Of a stretch of 64,000 nucleotides of DNA, positions 62,380-64,000 are shown piece by piece; the stretch's first letter is position 1; every line of letters begins with the position of its first letter. Both the position numbers and the translations under genes were made by a program. Location: assembly GCF_018350175.1 (NCBI RefSeq), contig NC_058368.1, forward strand, positions 18,106,001-18,170,000, written 5' to 3'. The stretch comes from Felis catus. Its lineage: Eukaryota. Under the pieces are notes generated by a model that did not search any database, was not told where the DNA came from, and worked only from the letters and a program-made list of their open reading frames with translations.

Positions 62380-62860
62380 TATATTAGTTTTCTGTTGCTG
62401 CTGCAACAAGTTACCACAAACGTATCAGCTTAAACTACACAATTTTATTATCTTAGAGTTCTGGAAGCTAGGAATCCAAAATCAGTCTCCAAAGCCTTAA
62501 AAAGTCAAGATGCTGACAGGGCTGATTCCCTCTGGGGACTCTATGGGAAGATCCATTTCCTTGATTTTTTCAGCTCCTAGAGGATGGCTACATCGCTTGG
62601 CTTGCAGCCCCTCCCTGGAATCCCCCCATCCTCCATCCTCACATCTCCTACTACGATGTCTCTGATCTCTTGCCTCCTTTTATCAGGACTTTTGTGATTA
62701 TATTGGACCCATCAACATAATCCAAGATAGTCTCCCTCTCTTCAGGTCCTGAACATAATCACATCTGCACAGAACCTTTTACCATGTTGGATAATGTATT
62801 CATAGGTTCAAGGAATTAGGACTTGGACATCTTTGGAAAACCATTATTCAGCCTATCACA
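62380..62860 (-). mobile_element. MaLR solo LTR (MLT1D-like) nested in L1
   Basis: TATATTAGTTTTCTGTTGCTGCTGCAACAAGTTACCACAAA...TGTGATTATATTGGACCCA...CCATTATTCAGCCTATCACA. 5-bp TSD TATAC/TATGC. Confidence 0.9.
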
Positions 62861-63049
62861 TATGCTTCTTGATTTGATTTATAAAACATTATTTAAATGA
62901 AAATATTATAGAACTGGAGAACAGATTAGTGGTTGCCACGGTGTGGGGAGACAGTTGCTGTGAAAGGGCAACACTTGTGGTATTAGAACTGCTTTGTATC
63001 ATAATTATGGTGGTGCGTACACAAATCTACACGTAGGCAAAATAGACCT

Positions 63050-63052
<3 letters not shown>

Positions 63053-63092
<40 letters not shown>
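63053..63092. repeat. (CA)20 microsatellite within the L1 3' UTR
   Basis: Perfect dinucleotide run. Confidence 0.97.
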
Positions 63093-63094
<2 letters not shown>

Positions 63095-63344
63095 TGAGTA
63101 TAAATAAAACTGGGCAAATTTGAATAAAATATGTGGATCATATCAATGTTAACATCCTGTCTGTGATATCATTGTATGGTTTGCAAGATGTTATTGATGA
63201 GGGAAACTAGGTGAAGGATACATGCAATCTCTTTGTATTTCCCACAACTGCGAGTCAATCTATGATTATCTCAAAATTGACAGTTTAAAGAAATGAAACA
63301 AAACCCCCCAAAAGTCAGTTTTTATTGTAGAAATGTAATAATAC

Positions 63345-63525
63345 CTTAGGTTGTGTCCTAAGCCCAGCTAATAGAATTATTGGGGGAGATTGTTGTAAGA
63401 ATACAGAATCCTTGACCATATCTCAGACCAACTTGATAAGAATTTTTTGGGGGATAAAAGCCAGGAGTCTCCATCTTTACAAACTTCCCAAGTGATATAT
63501 TGCCAACTAGGTTTAGAGACCACTG
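63345..63525. mobile_element. MER5-family hAT-Charlie element
   Basis: AAGAATACAGAATCC...CTCAGACC...CTTTACAAACTTCCCAAGTGAT...GTTTAGAGACCACTG. Confidence 0.7.
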
Positions 63526-63747
63526 TATTATATTATGTACTGTTTTTCTTCAAACAGTTCTTTTGGTTTACAATTCAATTTTGGTTTACAATTTCAAGAA
63601 GCACATAAGTCCGTCTTACCAAGATGATAGCAGAAGAATGAAAGCCCTCTACATATACTCTTCAGGGGGAATTTTGAATGAGTTTGGGGAACAATTGAGT
63701 AAGAATGAGGGAAATTTGGGATACTGTGTTTAAAAATGATCAGGCTG

Positions 63748-63840
63748 TCACTTTGGATTCTGTGTCTCCCTCTCTCTCTGCCCCTCCCCCGTTCATGCTC
63801 TGTCTCTCCTTCAAAAATAAATAAATATTCAATTTTTTTA
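63748..63840 (+). mobile_element. 5'-truncated SINEC_Fc (3' part only)
   Basis: GGATTCTGTGTCTCCCTCTCTCTCTGCCCCTCCCCCGTTCATGC plus AATAAA tail, bracketed by TSD AAT(G/T)ATCAGGCTG. Confidence 0.88.
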
Positions 63841-64000
63841 ATTATCAGGCTGATAACTTATGTCTGAATTAGCCTACTAGAAAAGTAGTTGTTTCGAGGT
63901 TCTCCCTAACAGGGGAGAAGGCAGTTGTACACTAGCAGGAGAAAGGGGACAAGTGTGAACATAAAAAGGGGACACACTGATTGGAGATATTTGGGTGCTG

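Larger units (their letters stand above)
60560..63295 (+). mobile_element. 5'-truncated old LINE-1 (L1MC/L1MD class): ORF2 3' half and 3' UTR
   Basis: CAGATAATATGATTGTCTATGTAGAAA (RT C-terminal region) and 3' end ...CACAACTGCGAGTCAATCTATGATTATCTCAAAATT. Hosts a SINE, an MLT1 LTR and a (CA)n run. Confidence 0.88.

Noticed and set aside
63561..63593. Direct repeat TTTTGGTTTACAATT twice (and GGCTCACTCRTCACT twice near 16751)
   Set aside because: Two-copy local slippage duplications; not a CRISPR array or functional repeat.
1864..63840. SINE strand bias (14 minus versus 6 plus) as evidence of a long host transcript
   Set aside because: Too few copies for the skew to be convincing.

Overview
Mammalian nuclear DNA, almost certainly from a feliform carnivore (cat family). 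The evidence is about 20 tRNA-derived Can-SINEs, including felid SINEC_Fc-type copies. Most of the window is non-coding: degraded L1 fragments, MIR and L2 relics, three MaLR (MLT1) solo LTRs, DNA transposon fossils (MER47/Tigger5, MER20, MER5, MER94-like) and microsatellites. None of the supplied ORFs looks like a real gene; those I could explain come from SINE, microsatellite or L1 sequence. The main signal is absent from the ORF track: the probable 5' end of a spliced minus-strand gene at about 4.7-5.45 kb. It has a CACCATGG Kozak start, a CAG|GTAAGT donor and a phase-compatible 73-nt second exon, which together give MANELPLARRNHSRQKTNVCSGGISDLDIDGNKENIQ. An RFX X-box sits 3 nt from the ATG, suggesting a cilia- or sperm-expressed gene, which I cannot name. 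The remaining ~58 kb appears intergenic, with two co-oriented CTCF-like motifs and several enhancer-like unique segments. I saw no CRISPR array, rRNA, true tRNA gene or prokaryotic system. Repeat family names come from remembered consensus sequences, and boundaries are approximate unless target-site duplications (TSDs) are given.
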